In this document: positions 35,201-48,283 of the stretch, piece by piece
Layout: every line of letters starts with the position of its first letter
Position numbering within the stretch: the stretch's first letter is position 1
Assembly: GCA_051362555.1 (NCBI GenBank)
Contig: CM120641.1
Location: forward strand, 6,448,001 to 6,512,000
Source: Lingula anatina
Taxonomy: Eukaryota > Animalia > Brachiopoda
DNA: 64,000 nt
Reading direction: 5' to 3'
The notes under the pieces: generated by a model
What the model was told of the DNA's origin: nothing
The model's input: only the letters and a program-made list of their open reading frames with translations
The model's database searches: none
Made by a program: the position numbers and the translations under genes

Positions 35201-38200
35201 ACCACAGTTAAATAGGCAAGTTCTAGATGTATACTAATAAACTACTTTCTAGTTAGTATCCATTCCGTAGTTTTTCCCCCTTATATGTTGGTTTTTGCTT
35301 TGTATTAGTAATATGATCCAATTAGATTACCCTTTTTTCACTCAATATTGCCCATATTCACCTGAAAACATTTTTCACAATTGTTTATCTTGTCATCATT
35401 TACTATAAAAGTGTAAAGGGAGCTGTAGATAATGTTTTCTGAAAATGGTGAGAATAGGGGGGTTGAGACAACAGCAGACCCACATTTGACTCGGCACTTG
35501 GCTTAGAGCCAAATAAAAGAAATACAGAAGAATTTGCTCAAGTGGAAATGGGAATTATTGGGAAACTTAAAAATGTATTTCATTCTGATGATGTAAGATT
35601 GTGAAAACCATGGCAAACAGACCTTTTTAGAGTGTGCATTGTTTTCTACACTTAAATTGTAGATTGAAACGTTGCAAACAGTGGTCATTGTTTCAAAATT
35701 TCCCGAGTTTTCCCTATCATTCAATAATGCATAACCTACAGCTATTTGTACCTTTCAAATTGCAGTAGAATAAAGGGGCTACGTTAAAAGGCTAATTTAT
35801 ATTTTGAATTAAATTAGATATTATGTAAAAAAAAGCTTTCTGTTTAAGGCAATAATCTAGTTATTAATGTTGAGGGGGAAAGGAAATTATGATGTCACAA
35901 AATGGACATATAAAAAAGGGACACAGAAAAGTAAATCAAGGCAAGTATTGAGAAACTCGAGGTTGATGACATCAGTCAAGTTTCAAGCTCAGGGACGCAA
36001 ATGTGTTCTATTTTTCAGGAAATAATTTGTATGTAGTTGACCTGGCTGGACAAAGAATAGATTTGATAACATTAGATGGACAGCACCAGAGGAACCTCAT
36101 CACTGTAGACATATGGCAGCCCACCAGTGTGGCAGTTGATCCCACATCTGGGTAAGAGACACACAAGAATGTTTCTGTAGATTTCTGCCTGTCGTTTTCT
36201 GCCTTTTTTGAAAGTATAAAAGACCATGGTTGAGATTTGTGAAAATTATACAAATTTTTTTAAAATAAAATTCTGAGTTTGGTAGTAAATAAATCAAATT
36301 ATTTTCTTCTGAATTTTAGCACAACTCCTATGAGATAAGTTAAAAACCACAGCTAAACTGAAAAAAAAAGTATTTTAGATGTAAAATGTATTACCACTGA
36401 TAACCTTATTATTGTAGAAAAATCTTTCATTTTAAATGGTGAATTGTATATCAAGATGTCTGACACATGAAGTTACATGTCTAAGTTTTATACCATAAGG
36501 GAAGTCAAACTCTCTTGAAGTGTTGATATATGTACTTTGCATATGATTTCGTTGACAATCTCTACTAATGAGAGTGACTTTAGGATAAACAAATATTTGC
36601 ATCTTGAATCTGTTTTAAGATGATTAATATTGAAATAATATTGATATGTGTTCATGGAGATCAAAAGCTAATTACTTTATGCTTGATAAAAAACACTTTT
36701 CCCTGGCAACTAATATATATTTAGCTCTCTTTATCATCTCCTTTACAAACTTAGATGTCACTCAAGTTAAATATTTTAGTCAAAACAATTGATTAATTCC
36801 TGTTTAGTGGTAAATGGATAGAAGTTAAAGGAATATTTATTTTTCTGTAGCCAAAGTAGTAGGTAGTTTATGCTATTTTGAGTCTAGACATACAAAGCCC
36901 AGGCCATGAATAGTGATGTTGTCTCAGAACCTATGGTTCCTCTTCCACCAAGGCACTTGTCTTTGTAACATTTTTCTATTTTAATAGAAAAATTAAAAAT
37001 TTCAGTAATTTTTTTTAATCTGTATAATGATACAATACTTATTAATTTTAGGTATATGTTCTTCACTGATCATGGGAAATGGACTAAGCGTCATTTTTCC
37101 AAGGTGGAGAGAGCTTTTATGGACGGCAGTCACCGGCATGTGCTGGCCACAGAAAAAGTGACCGCTCCCACCAGTGTCTGCTTGGATCATGTGAACAAGA
37201 GGGTCTACTGGTCAGACTACAAAATGGAAAGGATTGAGAGTGTGAGCTACACTGGGCAACATAGGTAAAAGGAGATATTAAATCTTTTAAGCACTAGTAA
37301 TGTAAAAAATTATGTACATCCTGTTAAATTTGTAAATTGTGTTTGAAATGTGATTTTTGCCATATTTTCATTTGTATGTTCATAAATACCTTTAAAATTT
37401 TTGTCTTTTATAAGACTGTTTCTGAATAAAATGTGTATGAAATATCTTGAGTAAAAAAAAACCATTTCATTTGATGCTTGTTTTTCTAGACGAATTATTC
37501 TGTCAGGAGTGCGTCACCTTCCCAATCCCAGAAGTCTCACTGTATTTGAGGACCGGTTGTATGCAGTGGATTGGACCAAACTGGCAATCTTGAGCATTAG
37601 CAAGTCAGAAGATTCTGCCTCTTCTCTGTACAACTATGGCAGCAATCATGATGGAAAAATGAGGGGACTGAAGGTGAAACATTCTGCAAGACAACCACAA
37701 GGTAAGAGACCTCTCCCCCCCCACCCCCACCCCCCACCCCCCACCCCCCACCCGGATCCATGTCGCTATTTTTTTCAAAAGTGCTCACTTAAATTCTTTC
37801 ATTATATTTATTTATTGGATTTGTCATATAAAATATTCTCATTAATGTTGGATTGCCTGATACAGATGAACCAGCATGATCATAACACTGCCAATCGGCA
37901 TCTAATTTCTTTGCACTTAATAGTATTTTAAGTATTATCTAAAAAGTAGATAGACTAACAATTTATGGCCTATAATCAGATTGAACAGTGCACTTTATCA
38001 AGATATTGCAATCCAAATTTCTGTGTTCTTGAAGAAGAAAAGCAAAAAATTGCTTTTAGAGAGCTGGGGCAGTAAAAATTGCTTTTTCAGAGCTGGGACA
38101 ATTGCGGTAAAGGAATAACATTATTTTTTCCCATTTGATTATTGATGAAATCAGAACAAAGAGATTGATTTCTTTATGCGTTTGTATGAGTTGCAGTGTC

Positions 38201-41200
38201 AAAGTGTTAACAGGACATAATCATCTTTGAAAACTTCATTGTTTTGTGATAGATATATACCGGGGGCTAGCTAGATACAGGTCACTGCTTTAACACACTG
38301 ACCATGAGCTGAATAAGTAACTTTTTGAGACCATTCCCAGAGACTATCGTACTAACTTTGGATCGAACTATCTCCAAGGGGATTATCACTTAATTGCAAT
38401 TAACTTAAACGGATTAGATGTCTCTCATGCCTACTGAAGTTGATAGGGGGTAATTAACTATCTTTTAGCAGCTTTAGTTGGTGTCCCAGACAGCTAAGCC
38501 ACATAAGCTGGAAGCAATTTAGTGAGAAACCCCATGGAGATAGACAGACCCTGTTAGATTGATCTAGGGATGGGAACCCAGTCTTTAAAAGGGTTACTTT
38601 AATAAATGTCACAGGTTGGTTAGCAGTTGCGCCTGGTAGGTATTGTAACATTATCAGATAATTTGTTTACCCAAAAAAATTTTTTTAAAAATAGCTGCAG
38701 TGACACCCCTGGATAAACTGCTTTAAAAGTACATTCTCAATTCACAATATGCAATCACTATTGTCAGGAGGGATAAATGTACATCTTTCTCCCAGGGTAA
38801 AGGATGATCACTTACCATGCTGGTAAGTGCTGGTATACTTTTATGTCACCCTCCTTCATGCATTGCTTAGCATGTTTTGTAGCTGATGGTGCCATTTTCA
38901 GATACATGGCGTGATTGCATAAGTATGAATGAAAAAAAAAAAATTATCAAAATCTGTCTGAAGACTTCTTTTGTGCACATTTCAAGCGTTTGTATAATTT
39001 TGTTGTCAACGGTAAGATAATACAATACCCAGGGTTTGATTGATGTGGGTTTGTTTTTATTACATTTCAGTGTCCAACCCCTGTGCTGGAGCTGGCTGTG
39101 ACCATATGTGTGTGGTGACCCATACTACGGACAGTGGACTCGGCTATAGGTGTATGTGTGATATTGGCTACCAGATAACGAATGACCAGAAAACCTGCAC
39201 CAGTACGTATAGAATGCTCTAAAAAAGGCCCCATAGGTGCATATTTGATATTTAATATCTGTGACTTAATGATCTAAGTACATGTGGGTATGCTTTGTAT
39301 CCAGGGTAGTCATCTATATAGGAACTACTATTTATAAATTTATTTTAAAAATTTTTCAACCAATTATGACCAGAATATCTAAATGTTTAGGAATAAAAAT
39401 GAATTTGTCCTATATTTTCAGTTTAGCAAGTGAAAAGGTTAGTTCAAAATTCGAAAGGTTATTTTGAAATTATTTGCCATTTTAGTTATTTGCCGTCCTT
39501 TGATTTTTAAAATTATGTTAGTTTTTTTAAAAACATTCTACTTCATGTACTTCATTGATTCGGACCTTACAAGCAACACCTTTACCAATTTCAGAAATAG
39601 ACAAATTTCTCATTGCTGTCTCAACAAACAGAATCCGAGGCATTCCTCTAGAAGATGCTGTATCCTACACTGTGGATGCCATGTATCCTGTTTATTCCTT
39701 AATCAGTAGTTTCATTGGCACAGACTATCATGCTGAAAGCAACTATATCTATTACTCTGATGTCACCTTGGATGCAATTAGCAGAGTTAAAACAGATGGA
39801 ACAGGTGATCTTGCATATTTGATCTTTGTACTTCTTTCACAGTAACATTATTTCCTTGCTAATTGAGATGTTTTTATGTTTACTGACTTGTATAGATATC
39901 TTGAATGTAGCTATTTGTGTAAGGTTATATTAAGATGGTATCAGCCATTCTGTAAATATATTATGAATTTTAATAATATTTTATGAAAGTAAGCCTGGGT
40001 TAATTTTTGATTTTTATTTCCTTTGCATAGACTTTTAAGACTCTCCTGTGCATAGACTTGCCACCTAAAAACACTGACAAACATTTAAGACTTATCCAGT
40101 TATGTTAATGTTTTTTGTGGAACTATAGGTTGTTAATTTTTTTGTTCACTTAAAGGAAAAGAATCTGTAATTGTTAACAACCTGGTGACAGTTGAGGGGC
40201 TGGCAGTGGACTGGGTGGCCAAGAACCTGTATTACACTGACCATGGGTCAGGTACGGTCACAGTGGTCTCACTTAGCAACTTTGGATGGACACGGATAAT
40301 TATATCTAACCTTGGAAACCCCAGGGCTATAGTCACAGACCCTGCTTCTGGGTAAGTGCTAGAATACGTTTGGAAAAAGACTTTTTGAAAATCAATTACT
40401 AAAAGATTCTTGAAAGTTGTAAATGAATCTTTAGACAAATGATGGAAAGGTTGACCAAAGTTTGAAATGACGAAATAGTTCTGAAGATGCATCATTGCAT
40501 TTCTTGAAGGGCTATATTGATGTTTAAATATGTTCAAAATTTAAAAGGTTTAGATTAGCCGATTAACATTTGTTTTTATTTCACATGCAGGAAGACCAAA
40601 AGTTAATTTTGTTTGTTAACTCTGCATGATTTGGCAATGCTTTTTCCCAGGAAAGTACTTTTGTAAAAATTTGAACAATTTGATTTAATGTCTATGTTAA
40701 ACAGTTAAAAATACCATTAAAAGGCTGTTTGTACCACCAGCTTCACTCATTCTTTGAGTGTGATAACACTAGATTAATTTTCATAAGTTTAAACTCTAAT
40801 TGTGCATTAATTTCTTTCAAGATACATATTCTGGACCGAATGGCTGCGTAGTTCTGATGTTGGGCCACGGATCGGGCGTGCTTATGGCGATGGATCTAAT
40901 GTAACATACATAAGAGAACATGAACTTGGTTGGCCAAATGGGATAGATGTTGATCGAACAGCAAGGAGAGTGTACTGGTGTGATGCTCTTTTTGATAGGT
41001 GTGTATTTTGACTTTTTTCTTACCTTATTTTGTTATATTTAAACTGTTTTTAAACCATCAAGAACCATGGAAAAAGCAGCACTTACATGCATAGGTTTTA
41101 GTTATTTTCAGTGCCTTGTATGTATGTTTGTTTTCAAACTAAATAATTGAGTAAAGGAATGTAAATGACCTTAGTGGTTCCTTTTTTTTTTCAGAATACA

Positions 41201-44200
41201 ACATTGTAGATATGATGGGAGTGATCTGAGAACATTGTCTGGTCATACAATTTCACATCCTTTTGGTTTGGCTGTATATGGAGGTAAAGTAACTTATCAT
41301 TTTCATCAGACGAAAATGTTCAAATTCATATGTTCTATTTGAAAATTTACAAGACGTTGAGAAAAAGCATTTTTTTTACTCTGTATACATTTTTATTTTT
41401 TCTTAGAATGCTATTTATAAAGGTTAGGGGACTAGTAGTTAAATGGGAAAACTGTATGATATTATGCTTATTTGGACTAAATTTCATTTTAGCAAGATAT
41501 CAGAATGATATATGTATTTAACATATAGCTAGAAAAAGCTACACCCTCAACTGAGGCTTTCCAACTTCTTGAGAGTAGCAGGATATTGCCATAATTGAAC
41601 TTGGTATATCAACTACCTAGTGTGAAAAACACCCAAGAGTATTAAGTACTTGAAGGTTACATGTAAACTGCCAAATTGGTTAAGGTTTTAGGTTAACAAG
41701 AAACAGATGGCCTTGTTTATCATATTTTCATTTTCTTTCTTCTTTGTTTCCTGATATCTTTTTAATGTACCGTTAAAAGTTCTGAAAGCAAAATATGGTA
41801 AATAAGAAAAGAAAAACAATGTTTACTAGCAAGGTATCTTGGACAGTTGTTGACTATCACCATAAGATAATGAAATAAAAAGAAGGCACAGAACTGTTTA
41901 AATCTGGTCTTGTGTTCAGAATGTGCCTGGCATTTTCAACATGCTCCCTTAAGTTTGTAAGCTATTGCCTGTCTGCTTGTTTAAAAGACAACATGCAGTA
42001 ACTGAATTGTTTTAAGTCAGTGAGAGTAAAGGTCAAGGTATTTGTTTTCCACCCCTGCCCCAATTATTGAAATACTGAAACACAATAACTATAACAATCA
42101 ATTTAACCTTGCATTTTACCAATTTAATTCAGTGTATGGATTATTCCAATTAGCCATTGTCATTGTATTGTTTATGATTATATTTTTCTCGAAAAAATTA
42201 AGACTGAAATTGATATTCCGGCAGACTAATGGTAATATTCTTTTTAATAACTTAGTCAGTTTAAACGAGCAGGAATTAGCTTCAGTAATACAAATGCATA
42301 GGATGATCTTGATGCTTGCACTTGGCATTTTGTTCCCATTTATAGAAAACAATGAAAGAAGGGGCTGCCAACAGTATATTGCATTTTTTGATGTTTTTCC
42401 AATTGTTTTGGCAAAGCCCATGTATGTATGTATAAACAGGATTACTTGAGGTGATATTTGATTTGTTAAGTACTGAAGAATGGAATCATATGGACTAAGA
42501 TCCTTGATATACAAGCGATTCCAGTTCTCTTTACCTGGATGTAAGGATGTATGCATTAGGAATTTATTGAAAAAGATATAGAAATTGCTCTTAATAGACC
42601 TTTTGATTTTCAATCCAGATTACTTATATTTTACTGACTGGAGATTGGAGTCTATTATGAGAATTAACAAGACAGCTCCGAGTCTAAGATCAGAAATTCC
42701 AGTTCGCACTGGGATACCCAACTTGATGGAAGTGCGTGTGTTCGACCCAGCTTTGCAGACCAAACCAGGTGAGAAATCCTCTGTAGTTAGGAGGGAATTT
42801 TTTTTCTGTTTTCTGTATATGATTTTTTTTCTTTTGTTTCATTGATGTTTAAGATTGCAATTTTGTTGTTTTATGTGTTTTATGTAGATAACTAAGATGG
42901 TTTTTCAATTTTGGCAGGCTGATTTAAAAAGATGACTGGGAGTTATGAGTTAACTATATGCTGTTTAAAATATTTTCCATTAAATGCAAACTTAATACAT
43001 ATAGTTTCTGAATCAGTGAATTTAAGCATATTTCTAACCTGCAACATAGCCAGGCAGGTCTATAGGCTATAGAATTAGTCTTTTTCTTATTAATATTTTA
43101 AAATTTTGCAAATCAGAGTCCAATTTCTAATGTAGGTTTTATGATGCATGTCCTTACCATGACTGGATTATTAAGATAAAAAACATTTACAGAAACAAAA
43201 AAAAAGTTCATGCTTATTCTTCAATGAAAATCTTTGTTGCTTCTTGTATAGCCAGGCATCACTGCGTGCAGCCGGTCAATGGGGCATGTTCGCACTTCTG
43301 TCTCCCTGTTCCACCACAGGGACGCCATTGTGGTTGTCCATATGGAATGAAGCTGGATCGCGATGCCCGCACGTGCATAACAAATCCTGATGAACCAGTA
43401 CTCACAGGTTGTCCGTCAGGAAATTTTCAGTGTAATAATGGCCGCTGTTTGAGAGGCAGCTATCAGTGTGATGGTGACAATGACTGCTTGGACAATTCAG
43501 ATGAAGAGGGATGTCCACGTAAGTTACCTTAGACATTGACTGAAATATTTTTTAATTGTTTTGAAATATGTATTAAAATATGTTGATAGATATATATATT
43601 ATTTAAACATGTTTTTCAAATTTTTTGACAAAATAGCCACCCTACATAAAATGTTTTTAAAAAGTTTACTACAGGACAAATTCTCTCTGTTGCATTTTTA
43701 TTAACTAATTTGAGTACTTAATTGACATCTTTGCCTTTCTAGCAAAAACTTGTTCATCCAGTGAGTTTCAGTGTAATAACGGGAAATGTGTGATGTCACG
43801 CTGGCGCTGCGATGGTGATAATGATTGTGGTGACATGACAGATGAACTAGGCTGTAAGTAATAAGTAATAAGAACAGTGTTGTGATAGTTTTTATCCAAT
43901 CTCTTAAAAATACAGGTAATAGATGTAAGAATCTAAATATTTGGATTTTGAAGAAATATTATTTACCACATTTGAATATTGAAATTCCTTTAGTGTAAAA
44001 AGCCTCAAGTTTAAGGTTGTGCATGGATGCTACTTAGGTGAGCATAGATAATTAATTTCACCCAGGTTGAATAAATTCAAATATTGAACTAAAAGTTATT
44101 GATTTGTATTTTGAATGACTTGAAAAAGTGAAATAGAAAATAAGGAAAAGTATTAAAAGTGTGATCAAAATCACCTGAATGGAGTATTTCCTTGGTGACT

Positions 44201-47200
44201 GCCTCCTAAAAACTATAAATGATGTCTTTTGGAAACCAAGTGCTGTATTTTTATTTTATCTTAAAGAAATCAAATTGTTTACGGTAAGTCAGATTGTTTT
44301 GTAAAATATACCAGCCAAAGCTTGTAAGACAAAAAAACTAAGGTAATTTTACTTTTAGCTCTCACTAATTTTTTAGGATTTTAAAGTAAGGATTCACATT
44401 ATTAACATTTTTTTCTCACACCAAGGCCCTAATGTGACCTGTGACAGCTTTGAGTTCAGGTGTTCCAATAATCTGTGTATTCCCATGAACGACAGGTGTG
44501 ACTCTGACAATGACTGTCTGGATGGTTCTGATGAGATTGGTTGTGGTAAGGCTATTATGGGTTCTTATGTACTGAATCTTTTGAAAGCAGCATATTATTA
44601 TTATTTAAATGTTTTCCTGGTTGTGGTAAGGCTATTATGGGTTCTTATGTACTGAATCTTTTGAAAGCAGCATATTATTATTATTATTTAAATGTTTTCC
44701 TGGTCCAAACTTGTACTATCAGTGATTTAGCAACAGATATGACTAAAAAAGACACTACTGATAAACTAATTTCAAAGAGTACATGTGCTACTTTTGATCT
44801 TTTAGGCCATAAAATATGAAAAATTCAAAATGACTGACCACTAGCTAATTAAGTAATTTTTTCAGACTAAAGCACTTTTTTTTCATTTTTTAGGAGACAA
44901 AACGTGTGGCCCTGATGAATACCAGTGCAGCAATGGGCCCTGTATTCCACTCTCCTGGGTCTGCAATGGCTACATCAACTGTCAGGACAGGGGGGACGAA
45001 GCGGACTGCCCCATCAAAAACTGCTCTTCTTCAGAGTTCCAGTGCCGGAATAAGCATGAGTGCATCACTATCATATATCGCTGTGATGGTGCCCCAGATT
45101 GCGAGGACAGAACAGACGAAATGGACTGTCGTACGTTCTTTACAGTAGTCGAAAGGAATAGATTTAGACTGCATTCCCACAGATATTTAGATTGATCTAT
45201 CCCCCTGGGGAGTCTCACAAGATTGCTGTCAGCCTGACCGGCTTAAATGTCTGTCCCGCCTATTGAAAGCTGTAAGGGGGTAATTAACTTTTATGCGAGC
45301 TCGGCTCTTGGAAGCTGACAGTAATTTAGCGTGAACCCCCAGGGAGTTAGGTCAATCCAGATGGATTGATCTAAATCTGTGGGAACCCAGTCAAAATAGT
45401 TATAATTGTTAGATTCAAAACAAAACACTTAGCACTATTGCCAATAATTTGTTTTCTTTTTATAAACATGGGTATAGATAAATAGTTTGAAATACATTAT
45501 ATTTATAATTCATTGAATTTTTTTTTCTTTTCTTTTTTTTTTTTGTATGCTTGTCTTGAGATTGTTGGTATAATATATGGCCTTGAAGTTTATTTCACAG
45601 GTTTCAAACTTGCCTCTGTTGGCCATGCATTTTAACACACCATGAGGGATATATTATTTCAATAATATTAAAATAATTAAAGTAATGTAGAATTTAACAT
45701 TTGAAAATACAGTTTTGTGGGGAATCTGTTATTTGTCTATTTCTTAAAAGATAAGAAATTGATGTCTTGTCTTGTAGCAACACGGCCACCAGGGGGCTGC
45801 CACTCAAATGAATTTCAATGCCGCAATGGTGGGGGCTGTATCCCTGGCAACTGGAAATGTGACAGAGAAGAAGATTGTTTGGATGGTTCAGATGAAAGTG
45901 ATTGTGGTATGTACCTTTACCTGATAAAGTTTTGTGTCCTTAGTGCTTTTTGAAATTATTCTCTATTCGTCTCTTAAACATGTCCAACTGGGAAATGAAG
46001 ATGATGGCAAGTAGAACAAATGGGGATGTAATGATTAATGAAATAAAAAAATATTTAGGAACGTTTTTCAAATTTACAAAAATAATAAAAATCAGCTAGT
46101 CCCAAAAGACAAAATTGTTGCAAATTGGCTTCATTGATACTAAACTAATGCAACTTTTGTATATCTTGACTCTGCAAATTGTAAAATATTTTTGTATTTC
46201 TTTTTTTTTATAAATGACCAATGTTTTGTCTGTTTCTAGACTCAAGTATAGCCACCTGCCCTGCAGATAAATTCCGTTGTGACAATGGACGTTGTATTTA
46301 CAGGAGCTGGATTTGTGACAGCGACAACGACTGTGGAGATGGATCAGACGAGGACATCAGGCATAACTGCCGTAAGTGTAATAAATCATTATTGGGTAAA
46401 TATTGGTGATTTGCCACCTTTTTATTACATCCTATACTTTGTACTGAAATATTTTTGAGAATAAAAATGTTAAAAAAAGTGAATACTGAAATTGATCTTA
46501 CAATTGATAGACACAAATTTGCTAACTTCTTAGTTAATTACATTCTGAATGAATCTTAATATTCTGTAAATTGGAAATAATTTTTGACTTGTAAATTAGA
46601 CTACAATTGCATTTGTCTTTTAAATGATTGTTTTTGATCTGAATTACCCAAAATGATGAGAAATCCAAAGTATCCCTATATTCATTCAACTTTGACTACT
46701 TTGCAGCTCCCAAACCGTTCCAGTGTCCACCTGGCCAGTGGTTGTGTCCAGACGGCCTGAGGGTCTGTGTTAACATCTCTCAGGTCTGTGATGGTCAGCC
46801 TGATTGTCCAAGAGGTCATGATGAGAGCCCTGTGTGCAGTAAGTGGATAACATCTCCAGTGGTCATTTTCAGGGGTGGACGGAGGCCATCTTCTGGGTCT
46901 TCCGGAATACAGTCCATCTTTTTAAAGTTTACATTGAGGGTCATCAATTTCTTTTTTGTCAGAAGATGGTCAAAAATGGGGGATTTGGAAGACTGTTGGA
47001 AAATATCTCCTGATTTTGCTGAATTGAATGTTAGTGTGTTTGTGTATATGTCTTAGTGACCAAAACATGGATGAGTTTTAGCAAAAACCAAAAGTTTGAA
47101 ACATAAAGTATTAATTGCAGTAAAGCTACAAATCAGGTAAACATAAAAGCATTGCTTGAAATTTAATTTGTTTCTTAGCTTTAACCTGATGAATTTGGTG

Positions 47201-48200
47201 CTTTCAAAAATAATACGCACTTAATGTTAGTGCAATAAAAATTTATCACTTTCCGGAGTTCCACTTAAAGCCATTTGAATATGGGGTTTACAATAGATAT
47301 GAGGCAAAAAATTCAAGCGCTCCAGGCTGAAGAAACTTGCAGAATGGCACCTGTAGGCATAATCCCCTTCAAATTGACTCATCATGGATAGTGGCATATA
47401 CCTCTATTGATAACAAACTTCTATTTTTTCCAGACACAAACACATGCTATGATTCTAATGGTGGTTGCAGTAACATGTGTAGGCAGACGCCATTTGGTGC
47501 GGAGTGTTTCTGTCCCTCAGGACAGGTACTCAATGGAACTAAAACCTGCATGGGTAGATAACTTTTAACATTATTTTCATGGTAGTCATCCCCTTTCATA
47601 CAGATTATAGGATTTGCAGGTCTGAGCTTAAATGTTGGTTTATCTGCTTAAAATTGTTAATTGTTGATTAATGTGTGATCTGGAAAAGGAATTAGAACCT
47701 TTTAAATATTAATAACTTGTACTCTCATCAATAACTATTGGGATGTGTAGTATGTTCAATTGTTGTTTATAATTTTACAGTTTCACTGAACAGGTTAAAA
47801 TGCCAGTTGATGACTAGGAGTATTAAGAATTGATCAAAGATTTGAATGGAAAAAGTGATAAAAGCATGACTGTTTCCCATTTTTCACCACAGATGAGGAT
47901 GAGTGTGAAATACCAGGCAAATGTAGCCAGACTTGTTTTAACACTAAAGGCTCATACCGTTGTGATTGTGAAGAGGGGTATATATTGTCACCTGATTTCC
48001 ATACCTGTAGGGCAGGTAGGTGGTTTATGGTTTCCAGATTTAATGCTGGTTTGGAGATATGGATTAAGCAACTTTGAAGTGTTCTATTTTATTTTTTTCT
48101 ATCACTGTAGAAATGAAATTGGACCACCCTTCAAGTAGGGATGTTTAGAGGATAGACTGGTAATGTGTTAACTACCAAATTTAAAAGCTGTGTTAATTTA

Positions 48201-48283
<83 letters not shown>

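Larger units (their letters stand above)
43252..46838 (+). other. LRP2-like ligand-binding cluster II (eight LDLa repeats)
   Basis: Eight 6-Cys repeats ending in DE(x)nC across exons 43252-46838; the first exon also carries the preceding EGF module. Confidence 0.85.

Noticed and set aside
42042-42613. ORFs of 135 aa (+) and 165 aa (-) in an LRP2 intron
   Set aside because: Ile/Asn/Phe/Lys-rich translation of AT-rich DNA with no domain; the flanking LRP2 exons join in frame without it.
43851-43862. Apparent premature stop (TGT AAG TAA) after an LDLa repeat
   Set aside because: The donor is GGCT|GTAAGT and the final Cys codon is split (T|GC) with the exon at 44426, so the frame is intact.
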